64,000 bases of DNA from Squalus acanthias (lineage: Eukaryota). This document shows, piece by piece, positions 12,997 to 26,409 of the stretch. The notes beneath the pieces are model-generated. The model was not told the DNA's origin. It did not search any database and was given only the letters and a program-made list of their open reading frames with translations. A program made the translations under genes and the position numbers. The first letter of the stretch is position 1. Each line of letters opens with the position of its first letter. The stretch lies in assembly GCA_030390025.1 (NCBI GenBank), contig CM059432.1:40302001-40366000 (forward strand), given 5' to 3'.

Positions 12997-15900
12997 GTAT
13001 GGAGGTTCTTGCTGCTTGAGATATAGAGTTGATTGCATATGTGCAATTTTAGGTTTCATTGTGTGTAAATCCCCAACCCCAGCATCAGAAGAGCACTTCC
13101 ATTTACACTCCTACCATCCAGGTAGTGTCTGAGTCAGTGAGCGCAAATTACAGGAAGCTTGGAAGCTTCAAGCGAGAGCTATACCTGTTTCTGGCTGGGG
13201 CAGAGATCACCTTGTACTAAAGGTAGGTACTGTAGCATTAATCGGGGCCAGAGCGGTCTCCTAGACTCATTTCAATTGCCTAAGGGGCTCAGGAATTTTC
13301 CAGATTTTCCCCCCAAGCCCCCTAATTGGCCTGGGTTTTTAATCTGATGTTGCCTCTCCCTGGAGATGATATGGTTTTCTGGTGTGATGCACCGCAGTTG
13401 TGTGGGACTGGCTGGATGGGCCAGTGGGTTTTTGTCCAGTCCATCATTGTTCATGTGTTTGTAATTAGGAACCAGGTCAAAGCTGTCCAAACCCATTTTG
13501 CATAAAACCGAAGATCTTCACCCATCAGTTCTGGGCTACATTGGAACCCAGTTCCTTGAGGTGAAATGATGGTGCCACCCAGCCCCCTACCATTTAGTGT
13601 TCAGCCCTAACCGTTGCAATATAAATGGGGTAAATATTCTAAATGTAAGGACCTGGTTCCATAGGTGTACAATGGGCACACAATGGGGTGGTGTATTTGG
13701 CATGTACACTAGGTCTGAATCTAACCTGACTGCTAATCTTGGTCTGTTCTGGCATGACTTCCAAAATGTACAATGCGACCTCACCCACTAAGCGTGAGAT
13801 TAATTAAAGGCGTACATCTCGTGTAAACTTATTTAAATGTAATTTTTTTTCCTACATAAGCAACTACTTCAAGTCATTCATTGTGTTTAATGTGCTTTGG
13901 AGTATCCTGAGAATATGATTGATGGCTGTACACATGCAAGTTCTTTCTAGATAGCTGCCACTGACAAATTCTTGTTCTCTCTGCTGGGGATGCTCTGACA
14001 GCATTGTGAGCCCAGGTCAATGGAGTGATGGAAGTGGCTCCCATAGGGGTTTCCAGGTCTGGAGTTTGGATTAGTACATCCCAGAAAAAGAACAGCCACA
14101 TTACTTCCATCGGCACTCTGATAAGAGGAACCGATCTTGCCAATTGCATCGTTTCAAAAAAAAGAAAATGGGCTGCAGCTTTGCTGCTTGGGTGGATTTC
14201 CTGATTTCCCCCCCTTTTTTCGCTTTCTTTAGCCCCCTCCCCCCAGACTGTGGGTGCCCGTAATGGCTTGGGAGGGTCAGGCTCTTCAGTCACTGGCGGA
14301 TGCGGCTCTTACTCCACCATAGTTAGTGGTGCAGCAGAATCCGATTCGGATTTCTATTTTTGCTGTTGCATTAGGAATTGATTTATCACTGTGTTTCAGA
14401 GTGATTTTTGATAAGCTCTCTTGTATTTTTTTTAATTTCTCTCCTTTCCCACCAGCCTATTGCTGCCAGCTACAATTGTACTTGCAGTAACTATCTTGGA
14501 GGATAGGAACTTTTTTGTTTCTCTGGCACTGAGATTTAGATGAAGATTAGAGGCAGCAGCCTCAGCCATGCCGACTCCTAACACCCTCCAACTACTGGTC
14601 ACTCTGAGCATGTCTGCGGATCTGTATCTGAACAGACCGCTGGCCAGCAATGAGGGGTGTGAAGCCCTATTTCAGGATTTTCTAGTTGAATCTTGAATCG
14701 GACTCCAGTGCATTGGTGACAGAAGTCTCTCGTCAAAATCAGAACATTCACGGGGGAAACCAAGTACTTTGGATCTCTGTCTCCAGAATCTCTGCTGCAC
14801 ATGGCCATGGGATGCCACATGCTCCATCGTGGTCTGAGCCATCTTGCAGGTTGCAGACGTCTGCAGTTAACTACTCCTAACTTGCCAACACGTCAGGCAG
14901 GGTGCTTTGCACATGATCAAATGACTTGCAGCATGAGTGCTCAGATAGCAATCTTGTTCGGTATGCAGACCTTCTGATATGCCATTTCCTGGCCTCTGCA
15001 GCTAAGGAAGGACCTGGATAGAATTGCATAGATAATTACAATATGGAAACCGGCTGTTCGGCCCAACCAGTTTATGTTTGTTTTTATCCCCTACATGAAC
15101 ACTAGTCCTAATCCCATGTGCGCACTCAGCTCCTCACCAGCCCCTCCAGTCATCTGGTTCCTTTTCCTTTGCTGTCACTTCCAATTGCTTTCCTTTGATC
15201 TTGCTGAATGCTTCACTGTGTTCCCTCCCACACCTGATTTGGTAAATCCCCTGGGTTCAATGTAACTAGGCTGGTGCCTGCACCCAGTGAAATGAGTAAC
15301 ATGGGTGGCTGCAAAATGCTAAGTTGTTTGCTGGCAATTGGGCCTGCAAATTAGTTGGGACATCCCTATAGAATAAGAAAAGGAGCATGTTCATATGATG
15401 ACAGGATTCCCTTCTAATAGAGGTGATGTGCCAGAAGAGCTGTTGTGTATCATATGCCTATGCTAGTAAAGATGATGATGTTACTTGTGAAAGAGCTGAA
15501 AGTTTGCCTGAGTGCTTTTCATAGACATACTGCTTTGCTGGAAATTCTGTCCCTTCCATCAATCTACTCCCAGCACCTGCTCTGATGTGCACAAGGATGT
15601 GAAAAATGTATTTAAACGAGCAGAGCTTGGGATAGCTGGCACTGCATGCCAGTTCAACAGTTGACCTTGCGTGTGCTCAAATTTGGCCCCTCTGAACTTA
15701 ATTCATAAATACTCATCAATATAACATTTTGCCCCAACCCCTCAAAACAGTCATGCAGTGATACAATGACAAAGCTTGATAAAATTGAATTGACATCAAT
15801 TTTGCTCTTTTTGTTTAAAATTTATAGAACATTGATTTCAGTGAGCTTAAGGAATTGTGTTGAAATATTTCAGATACTGAGCTTATGGTGAACCATCAAT

Positions 15901-16217
15901 CATTTGTCCCATTTTTATATAGTTCCTGCAAAATTTGATGTAAAGTTTTAAAATTTATTTTTATATCAGCACCTGAGTTACTGTGCTTCAGTTGAATTGT
16001 TTTAGACTTAACTCATAACCTTTCTATTGCTTAATACTACCCACAATGGAGGGGGTTCTGTTTAAAACTGTAATTTACTTGCTTTAACGTATTCACAAGG
16101 GTTTGATTTGTCTCGATGGCACCAGGAAGCTTCTCATTTTGATTGTTGGAGATGCATAAACTGGTTAATTTATGCACTTCTAAATGTTCTGTTCTGACTG
16201 CCTTGCTGTGTATCTAG

Positions 16218-16375
16218 GTCTGGAATGGGAGAGCATTTCCACATGTTTTAACTGGATGGTCCCTTTTGCTAAGACACTGAGTGAAGGCGATCCATTAAAA
16301 TTAAAAGATTTCAAGCAAGTGGCAGATGAGGACAGGCATAACATCCAGACGCATACAAAGTATCTGGACATGCTG
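16218..16375 (+). CDS. CCNE2: Cyclin E2 exon
   Basis: tatctag|...|gtgagt; (G)LEWESISTCFNWMVPFAKTLSEGDPLKLKDFKQVADEDRHNIQTHTKYLDML; 158 bp. Confidence 0.95.
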
Positions 16376-16479
16376 GTGAGTTATTTTAACTTAAATTATC
16401 CACTCTTAGGGTGGGGAGGGTGAAAAATCATCTAAGGACATTGTCCCTTTGCCCTTGAGGAGCTGGTTTAGCAGTGATG

Positions 16480-16852
16480 TAGAATGGTTACAGCACTGTA
16501 GGAGACCAGTCGGCCCGTCGAGCCCGTGCTGGCTCTCTGCAAGAGCACTTCAGCTAGTCCCACTCCCCCGCCTTTTCTGTAGCCCTGCAAATTGTTTTCC
16601 TTCAGGTACTTATCCAATTCCCTTTTGAAAGCCATGATTGAATCTGCCTCCACCACCCTTTTCAGGCAGTGCATTCCAGATCATAACCACTCGCTGCGTA
16701 AAAAAGTTTTCCCTCATGTCTCCTTTGGATCTTCTGCTAATCACCTTAAATCTGTGTCCTGGTTCTCGACCCTTCCGCCAATGGGAACAGTTTCTCTCTA
16801 TCTACTCTGTCTAGACCCCTCATGATTTTGAAGACCTCTATCAAATCTCCTC
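16480..16852 (-). mobile_element. CR1 3' fragment
   Basis: Matches tails at 19200-19557 and 57015-57440. Confidence 0.85.
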
Positions 16853-17444
16853 TTGGTTTTTCTGCCCCCTTCCAGTTCCTGTCTGATTTTTATATTCCAG
16901 GCAGTAACCTTGATTCTCTGATTACGGGAGGTACTAAAGATTTTGAGTGGCAACCCACATAAAACAAATTCAAACCTAATGACATCAAGCTGAAGTGTTA
17001 AGAGGGAAGGGGTTGGGTTGTGCAGTAGGCTTGCATGGAACTTTAGCTTCTTTTCAAAGAATGAAACCTTTGGGGGTGAATTTCTGCAGAGGATTCTCTC
17101 TTTGCTGTAGCTTTGGTAGTAGAGCTGCAGATACCTTTGGTGGGGGGTGGAGAGAGGAAACTGTGTTGATTTTTTTTCTGGGGTTTCTGCACCTCTTCAG
17201 AAGATAATCTTGCAGTTTTCCCTCCACAAGGTTAGAACTATCTTGCAGCAACTAGGCTTCTGAACCCCTCAATATCAGCTCATCTTGAAGCACTATAGTC
17301 TCATTTTAAGCTATCTGATTAACAGACTTGCTTGGTGAAAATAGGTTGTTACTCTGTGTAGCTTCTTGCAAATATTGTTGAGGAAACTCAAAGTGGGGAC
17401 ATCAACAACAACTTGCATTTATATAGAGCCTTTACTGTAATATG

Positions 17445-19557
17445 GGTTGCATCTCAACAGAGCCGGGACCACCGTCCTTGTGGGGGAGGGGGGGGTGGTG
17501 GTGTTGGTTTGCTAGTGCTGTTGGGGAGGGTTTAAACTAATTTTGGCAGGGGGATGGGCACCAGGATGTAGCATTAGAAAGGAGAAACTAGGTGCACAAA
17601 GGTTTGGGAGAGATGGATAACACTAGAGTAAGAAATAGTACGGTATTAGGTGGGGTCAGACTAAGAGAATACAAGAAGGTCTAAGATAGGTTTACAGTGC
17701 ATGTGTGTGAATGCACGAAGGAAATGAGAGAAGCAAAGAGAGAGCATGATAATGGATTGGCAGCTAACATAAAAGGGAATCCAAAAGTCTTCTGTAGGCA
17801 TAAGTAGTAAATGAGTAGTAACAGGAGGGGTGGGGCCAATTAGGGACCAAAAAGGAGACCTACGCATGGAGACAGAGGGCATAGCTGAGGTACTAAATGA
17901 GTACTTTGCATCTGTCTTTATAAAGGAAGAAGATGCTGCCAAAGTCATTGTGAAAGAGGAAGTAGTTGAGATATTGGATGGGATAAAAATTGATAGAGGA
18001 GGTACTAGAAAGGCTGGCTGTACTTAAGGTAGATAAGTCACCAGGACTGGATGGGATGCATCCTAGGATGCTGAGGGAAGTAAAAGTGCAAATTGCAGAG
18101 GGACTGGCCATAATTTTCAATCCTCCTTCGATGCAGAGGATTTGAGAATTAAAAATGTTACACCCTTGTTCAAAGGGGTGCAAGGATAAACCCAGCAACT
18201 ACAGGCCAGTCAGTTTAACCTCGGAAGCTTTTAGAAATGATGATCCGGGACAAAATTAACAGTCACTTGGACAAGTGTGGCTTAATTAAGGAAAGCCAGC
18301 ACTGATTTGTTAAAGGCAAATCGTGTTTAACTAACTTGAGAGAGTTTTTTTGATGAGGTAACAGAGGGTTGATGAGGGCAATGTAGTTGATGTGTACATG
18401 GACTTCCAAAAGGCGTTTGATAAAATGCCAACAGAGTTGAAGCCCATGGAATAAAAGGGACAGTGGCAGCATAGATACGAAATTGGCTAAGTGACAGGAA
18501 ACAGAGAAGTGGTGAACGGTTGTTTATCAGACTGGAGGAAGGTATACAGTGGTGTTTCCCAGGGTCGGTACCTAGGACCACTGCTTTTCTTGATGTATAT
18601 TAATGACTTGGACTTGGGTGTACAAGGCACAATTTCAAAATTTGTAGATGACACAAAACTTGGAAGTATAGTGAATAGTAAGGAGGATAGTGATAGATTT
18701 CAAGAGGACATAGACAGGCTGGTGGAATGGGCGGACATGTGGCAGATGAAATTTAACGCAGAAAAGTGCGAAGGTGATACATTTTGGTAGGAAGAACGAG
18801 GAGAGGCAATCTAAACTAAAGGGTACAATTCTAAAGGGGGTGCATGAACAGAGAGACCTGGGGGTATATATGCACGAATCGTTGAAGGTGGCAGGGTAGG
18901 TTGAGAAAGCAGTTAAAAAAGCATACGGAATCCTGGGCTTCATAAATAGGCAGAGAGTACAAAAGCAAGGAAGTCATGATGAACCTTTATAAAACACTGG
19001 TTCGACCTCAACTGGAGTATTGTGTCCAATTCTGGGCACCGCACTTTAGGAAGGATGTGAAGGCCTTAGAGAGAGGGTGCAGAAAAGATTTACGAGAATG
19101 GTTCCAGGGATGAGGGACTTCAGTTACGTGGATAGACTAGCAAAGCTGGGGTTGTTCTCCTTCGAGCAGAGAAGGTTGAGAGGAGATTTGATAGGTGTTC
19201 AAAATCATGAGGGGTCTAGATAGAGTAGGTAGAGAGAAACTGTTCCCATTCGCAGAAGGGTCAAAACCAGAGGACACACATTTAAGGTGATTGGCAGAAG
19301 AACCAAAGGCAACATGAGGAAAAACTTTTTTACGCAGCGAGTGGTTAGGATCTGTAATGCACTGCCTGAAAGGGTGGTGGAGGCAGATTCAATCGTGGCT
19401 TTCAAAAGGGAATTGGATAAGTACCTGAAGGCTAAAAATTTGCAGGGCTACGGGGAAAGGTCGGGGGAGTGGGAGTAGCTGAAGTGCTCTTGCAGAGAGC
19501 CGGCACGGGCTCGACAAGAGCTTCCTTCTGTGCTGTAACCATTCTATAATTCTATGA
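17445..19557 (+). mobile_element. CR1 LINE with internal deletions, inserted in an L2 remnant
   Basis: RT fragments (YINDLD, KFVDDTKLG); L2-type tail caacaacaacttgcatttatatag at about 17402-17440 resumes at about 19558-20030 on the - strand. Confidence 0.85.
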
Positions 19558-20744
19558 TAAAGCGTCCCTAGGTGCTTCACGGGAGTGTTCAGAGAAAATT
19601 TGACACCGAGCCACAGAAGGAAGTGTTAAGACACTTGGCCAAAAGCTTGGTCAAGGAGGTAGGTAGCCTCTTTAAAGAGGGGGAAAAAGGCAGAGAGGTT
19701 TAGGGAGGGAATTCTCGAGGTTGGGGCCTAGATGGCTAAAGGTATGGCTGCCAATGGTGGGTTGAAGGAAATCGGGGATGCAGAATAGACCAGAATTGTT
19801 GGGGTGGTAGAAGTTGGAGATAGGAAGGGGCAAAGCCATGGAGAGATTTGAACATAAGGATGATTACCTTTGAGCTGTTGCTGGCCCAGGAGCTATGGTC
19901 GGTTAGCGAGCATGGGTGGTGAGTGAACAGGACTTGGTGAGAGTTTAGGATATGGACAGCAGAATTTTGGTTAAAGTAAACTGAGGGTGGTAGAGCATTA
20001 GAATAGTCAAGTCTGGAGTTAACGAAAGCATGAGTAGAAGGAAGTCTCGAGTTGCCCTGGTGGCCAGCCAGAAAATGACCAGGAGATTTATTCGACCTCT
20101 CAATTTATTAAACTCTACTTTGGCTTTGTCCAAGATCACAAGACTCTTCAGCCCACTTGATCTAATATTTTCAAAATACCAACCTACTGTCTCATGAGTC
20201 CATTGTCCTGAGCCATTCTTGGTTTACACCAGAGGTGGCTATGCTAGTACAGAAGGAGACACCTTGTGATGTGATGTGATGTAATGTCTACAGTATGCCA
20301 GGCAGAAGAGAGGATTTGTCTTGGGGAAGTGACCAGCAGGAAGATACAGTAGAAAATGAATAGGGCAACTCTCAGGAAGTCACAGAACTCCAGGATCATA
20401 GATGCCCATGACCAGTATGCTGTTCTGAGTAGTTCAAAGTCAGCATGGAGACCAAAGAATAATCCAGTGTCTGGAAGGAAGTTGCATAACAGTTGAGAAT
20501 AGTCTTTTGCTTCACATGGTTAGAGAACCAGGGTAACAGCAGGAACAATGTAGAAAGCATGGACTATTTTGATGTGTGATGTACCAGTTCCTGGAGGAGG
20601 TAGGATTGCAATTTGCTTCTGCTGCCCGAAACCACACTAATACCCTGTGTTGAGCCTCTAAGAACCTTCAGTATACAAATTCAGTTATTCTCCCTCACTA
20701 CTTAGATTGGGGATGTTTTACAAATAATTAACTCCTACAAATAA

Positions 20745-21297
20745 CTCACTCCTGGCTGGCCTCCCACATTCCACCCTACCTAAACTTGAGGTCATCCAAA
20801 ACTTGGCTGCCTGTGTCCTAACTCGCACCAAGTCCCGTTCGCCCATCTCCCCTATGCTCGCTGACCTACGTTGGCTCCCGGTTAAGCAGCACCTTGTTTT
20901 CAAAATTCTCATCCTTGTTTTCAAATCCCTCCATGGCCTCGCCCCTTCCTATCTCTGTAATCTCCTTCAGCCCCACAACCCCCCGAGATATCTGCGGTCC
21001 TCTAATTCTGCCCTCTTGAGCATCCCTGATTATAATCGCTCACCCTTTGGTGGCCGTGCCTTCTGTTGCCTAGGCCCTAAGCTCTGGAATTCCCTGCCTA
21101 AACCTTTCCGCCTCGCTACCTCTGTTTCCTCCTTTAAGGCACTCCTTAAAACCTACTTCTTTGACCAAGCTTTTGGTCACCTGCCCTAATTTATCCTTAT
21201 GTGGCTCGGTGTCAAATTTGTCTTATAATACTCCTGTGCAGCGCCTTGGGATGTTTTACTACGTTAAAGGCGCTATATAAATACAAGTTGTTGTTGT
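20745..21297 (+). mobile_element. L2 LINE 3' fragment
   Basis: ORF 20803-21189 (LRWLPVKQ..FKILILVFKSLHGLAPSYL..GGRAFCCLGPKLWNSLP..FKALLKTY); tail aaaggcgctatataaatacaagttgttgttg. Confidence 0.88.
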
Positions 21298-21594
21298 GGA
21301 GATGGATTTCTAGGATAGTAATGTCACTACATGAATTAGTTTGATGGTCTGACTATGAAGTACTGGGTCTTTGGCCCAGTGGCTGGGTCTTTTTATCAGC
21401 AAATCCAGCTGAATAACCCAGTATTGCCAACCCTACCTCCTCAAATCAGGAGACAAACTCTTTTTAAAAAAAAAAATCATGAGATTAGGTACAGAAATCA
21501 TGACTTGCTATTTTATTCCCGACCCAACCCCTCACTCACCTTTGCTCCCGGACAGGAAGCGCATTCGGCCTTCACTAACTGATTGCTGACGTAA

Positions 21595-22018
21595 GGATTA
21601 GGCCATACGGCCCCTCGAGCCTGCTCTGCCATTCAATAAGATCATGGCTGATCTTCAACCTCAACTCTACTTTCACAGCCTATTCCCATATCCCTTGATT
21701 TGCCAAGAGTCCTAAAATCCATCAATCTCAGCCTTGAATATACTCAACAACTGAGCACCCAAGGCAAAGTTCCCCCTAACTTTTTTGGGGTGCGCGGCCC
21801 TTTTAAGTGGCTGTGCAGCACTTTCACAGTTGCGCACATGCGCGAAATCTAACCTGGGAAAAGCCGGTCCCGGGCTGTGCGGCTGGGCGGGAACCTTGAT
21901 CCACAGCTCTCTGGGGTAGAGAATTCCAAAGATTGATAACCCTCTGAGTGAAGAAATTTCTCATCTCAGTCCTAAATGACCGACCACATATCCTGAGACT
22001 ATGCCCCCTAGTTCTAGA
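21595..22018 (-). mobile_element. CR1 3' fragment interrupted by a small MITE
   Basis: Aligns to the 1040-1330 tail on both sides of 21765-21898. Confidence 0.8.
21765..21898. mobile_element. About 134-bp MITE (probably hAT-derived)
   Basis: TIRs CAAAGTTCCC / GGGAACCTTG (9 of 10 complementary); decayed 8-bp duplication acccaagg / atccacag. Confidence 0.6.
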
Positions 22019-22079
22019 ACTTTACTGAGGCTGAAGTCGGCCACTTGAGAATGGCGACTCGCTGACTTCTCCAAAATCA

Positions 22080-25000
22080 AGATGTTCTGGACATAGTTTT
22101 AGGAAATGAAGCTGGACAGGTGGCAGGGGTATCAGTGGGAGAGCATTTTGGTGGTAGTGATCATAATTCAGTTAAATTTAGTGTAGTTATAGAAAAGGAC
22201 AAGATAGACCAGGAGTAAAAGTTCTCAATTGGGGAAAGGCCAATTTTACTCAGCTGAGATGTGATTTATCAAAAGTGGACTGGAAACATCTACTTGAAGG
22301 TAAATTAGTGTCAAAGTAGTGGGAGACATTCAAGGAGGAGATGGTGTGGGTATCAAAGCAAATATGTTCCCACTAAGAAAAAGGGTGGGACTCCCAAATC
22401 TAGAGCCCCCTGGATGTCAAGGGGCATAAAAGGTAGGATAGGGCAAAAAAGGGAAGCTTATATCAGATACCGAGAGCTAAATACTGCAGAAAGCCTAAGA
22501 GTTTAGAAAGTGCACGGGTGAAATTAAAAAGGGAATTAGGAAAGCATGAAAAAAAATTGGCAAGTAAAATCAAGGAAAACACAAAGATGTTTTATAAATA
22601 CATAAAGAGCAAGAGGATAACTAAGAGTAGGGCCTATTAGAGACCAAAAAGGTAACCTGTGCGTGGAGGCAGAAGATGTGGGTATGGTTCTTAATGAATA
22701 CTTTGCGTCTGTCTTCACAAAAAAGGGACGATGCAGACATTGCAGTTAAGGAGGTGGAGTGTGAAATATTAGGTAAGATAAACATAGTGAGAGGATTTAT
22801 TAAGGGGTTTAGCATTTTTGAAAGTAGACAAATCGCCAGGCCTGGATGAAATGTATCTCTGGCTGTTAAACGAAGCAAGGAGGAAATGGCCATCATTTTC
22901 CAATCCTCTCTGGCTACAGGTGGACTGCTAATGTACTGTTTTTTAAAAAGGGAGAAAGGCATAGACTGAGTAATTACAGGCCAATCAGCCTAACCTGTTG
23001 GGCAAATTATTGGAAAAAATTGAGGGCCAATATTAATAGTCATCTAGAAAGGCACGGATTAATCAAGGACAGTCAGCATGGATTTGTTAAGGAAAGGACG
23101 TGTCTGACTAACTTGATTTGAATTTTTTGAGGAGGTAACAAGGAGGGTCGATGAAGGTAACACATTTGATATAGTTTGTGATTTTAGCAAGGCTTTTGAC
23201 AAGTTCCCACATAGGAACAGGAGTAGGCCATTCAGCCCCTCGAGCCTGTTCTGCCATTCAATGAGATCATGGCTGATCTGTGACCTAACTCCATATACCT
23301 GCCTTTGGTCCATATCCCTTAATACCTTTGGTTAACAAAAAGCTATCATCTCCGATTTAAAATTAACAATTGATCTAGCACCAATTGCCATTTGCGGAAG
23401 AGAGTTCCAAACTTCTACCACCCTTTGTGTGTAGAAGTGTTTACTAATTTCACTCCTGAAAGGTCTGGCTCTAATTTTTAGACTATGCCCCAGTCCTAGA
23501 ATCCCCAAAAAGTGGACAGAGTTTCTCTCTATTTACCCTATCTGTTCCCCTTAATATCTTAAACATCGATCAGATCACCCCTTAACCTTCTAACTTCTAG
23601 GGAATACAACCCTAATTTGTGTAATCTCTCCTTGAAACTTAACCCTTGAAGTCCGGGTATCATTCTGGTAAGCCTACGTTGCACTCCCTCCAAGGCCAAT
23701 ATATCCTTCCTAAGGTGTGGTGCCCAGAACTGCTCAGTACTCCAGGTGTGGTCTAACCAGGGTTTTGTATAGCTGCAGCATAACTTCTACCCCCTTGTAC
23801 TCTAGTCCTTTAGCTCGAAAGGCCAGTATTCTATTAGCCTTTTTGATTATTTTCTGTACATGTTCATGACATTTTAATGATCTATGTACCTGCATTTAGT
23901 CTCTTTGGACCTCCTATTGTTTTTAACTTTTCACCATTTAGAAAGTACCCTGTTCTATCCTTTAGGCCCAAAGTGGATGACCTCAAATTTGCCTACACTG
24001 GGCAAAACTGTGGCAGATGGATTTCATTCACTTAATCTATCGATATCCCTTTGTAATTTTATGCTTTCATCTACAATGCTGCATATCTTTATCAACAATA
24101 AATTTGGATATATGACTTTATGCCATCATCTAAGTCATTAGTAAATACGGTGAATAGTTGAGGCCCCAACACAGATCCCTGCGGCCACTAGTCACATCCT
24201 GCCAGTTGGAGCACCTACCCTTTATCCCTACTCTCTGTCTCCTGCCGCTCAGCCAGTTTCCTAACCAGGTCAATAATTTGCCCTCAATTCTGTGGGCTTC
24301 TACCTTATCACCTCCTCAAAAAATTCAATCAGGTTTTTCGGGCATGACATACCTTTCACAAATCTATGCTGGACACATGGCAGACTGGTCAGAAAAAATA
24401 AAAGCCCACAGGATCCAAGGGGCAATGGCATGTTGGACCCAAAATTGGCTCAGTGGCAGGAAGCAAAGGCTAATGGTCGACGGGCATTTTTGTGACTGGA
24501 AGGCTGTTTCCAGTGGGGTTCTGCAGGGCCCAGTACTAGGTCCCTTGCTTTTTGTTGTATATATCAATGATTTAGACTTCAATGTAGGGGGCATGAGTAA
24601 GAAGTTTGCAGATGATACAAAAATTGGCCGTGTGGTTGATAGTGAGGAAGATAGCTGTAGGAAGATATCAATGGACTGGTCAGGTGGTCAGAAAAGTGGC
24701 AAATGGAATTCAACCCTGAGAACTGAGGTAATGCATTTGGGGAGGGATAACAAGGCAAGGGAATACACGGTACATGGTAGGATAGTGAGAAATGTAGAGG
24801 AACAGAGGGACCTTGACGTGCATGTCCACATATCCCTGAAGGGAGCAGGTTAAGAAGGCATACGGGATACTTTCCATTATTAGTCAAGGCATAGAATATA
24901 AGTGCAGGAAGGTTATATGCTTGAACTGCATAAAACACTAGTTGGGCCACAGCTAGAGTACTGCATAGAGTTCTAGTCACCACATTACAAGAAAGATGTG

Positions 25001-25495
25001 ATTGCACTAGAGAGGGTAGAGGAGATTTACAAGGATGTTGCCGGGACTGGAGAATTTTAGCTAAGAGGAAAGATTGGATAGGCTGGGGGTTGTTTTCTTA
25101 GTAACAGAGGAGGCTGAGGGGAGACTTAATTGAGATGTATAATATTGAGAGGCCTAGATAGAGTGGATAGGAAGGACCTATTTCCCTTAGCAGAGAGGTC
25201 AATAACCAGAGGGCATAGATTTAAAGTAATTGGTAGAAGCATTAGAGGGGAGTTGAGAACTTTTTTCACCCAGAGGGTGGTGGGGGTCTGGAACTCATGC
25301 CTGAAAGGGTGGTCAAGGCAGAAACCTTCAATGCATTTAAAAAGTATTTGGATATGCACTTTAAGTGCCGTAATCTACAGGGCTACGGACCAAGAGCTGG
25401 AAAGTGGGATTAGGTTGGATAGCTATTTTTTGGCCGGCACAGACACGATGCACCGAATGGCCTCCTTCTGTGCTGTAAATTTTTATGATTCTATG
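22080..25495 (+). mobile_element. CR1 LINE ORF2 remnant with an oppositely oriented CR1 nested at about 23208-24372
   Basis: RT sequence gacaagttcccacat resumes as cacatggcagactgg after the insert; ORF 24158-24853 has GVLQGPVLGP and KFADDTKIG. Confidence 0.87.
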
Positions 25496-26292
25496 TTGGT
25501 GGATAAGGAGGAGGAGACAGGTTGGGCCGGGCCGAGTGTCAACAGAAGCAGCACCCCTCCCCACCCTGGGCCTTGCCCTCCTGGCTCACCTTCAGGTAGC
25601 TCCACGGTTCGAGCTCATCTCCGGGAGTGGGTCAGTCAGTTCAGCTGCTCCATCCTATAGTCGCACTGACTCAAAGAAAGTGCACAGGCCCTCGCCTCGC
25701 GTCCACTTTGCTCGCGTCTCTCAGGGCAAAAGCGGTAATGTTGTTGTTGCAACGGAGACACTTTCCATCGGCGCAGGATACACCAGCCCATAACTGGGTG
25801 GGTGTGTAGAAAATGCACTTAAATATTCTCACCATTTGTGTTGATTTGAAAGCTGTGTGAAAGGGCTTGCCGGCCCTGAGGATCTGCTCACCTTTTAGCA
25901 TGCCACCCTCAGGTGGCATTGTAACCAATCTGAGCAGCTGATCTCCGACGGACAGCAGCCTTAACCAAGGAGTACTGCCGTGCTATTCAACTCCCGCCCA
26001 GCGTCATTCCCCGAGGAGGGGTGGGGGGGGGGGGGGAGACACGAGATTTTGCTGTTTAACCTGTCTTGCGATTAATTAGAGAGTTGGCATTACAACCTTT
26101 CTAGTGAAAATAATTCTAACTTGTTTACCACCCATAATTTTTTTCCCCCATTTTGCTAGCTTTAGAATGATAAATTGAGATTACTTAGCACAACTTTTGC
26201 ATTCACAGATCAATAAATGTTGTTTTACCCTTGATGTTATAAATGCTATCTGTGCTTATTCAAAAACCTACAACCAACTTGCTTGTTTTCAG

Positions 26293-26409
26293 GAGGAGGT
26301 ACACATCAGGAAAACGGAGTGTACAGCAAGGCTATCTCCCGTGTCCTTAGGAGGGATCTTGACTCCACCTAAAAGCACCGAAAAACCATTGTCTAGCTCA
26401 ACATACTGA
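26293..26409 (+). CDS. CCNE2: Cyclin E2 last coding exon with C-terminal phosphodegron
   Basis: ttttcag|EEVHIRKTECTARLSPVSLGGILTPPKSTEKPLSSSTY*; TPPKSTEK is the E2-type C-terminus; stop TGA ends at 26409. Confidence 0.95.
   Translation, partial: EEVHIRKTECTARLSPVSLGGILTPPKSTEKPLSSSTY

Noticed and set aside
13874..15020. 139-aa and neighbouring ORFs in a CCNE2 intron
   Set aside because: No motif, no convincing splice context; probably an old repeat remnant that I cannot classify.
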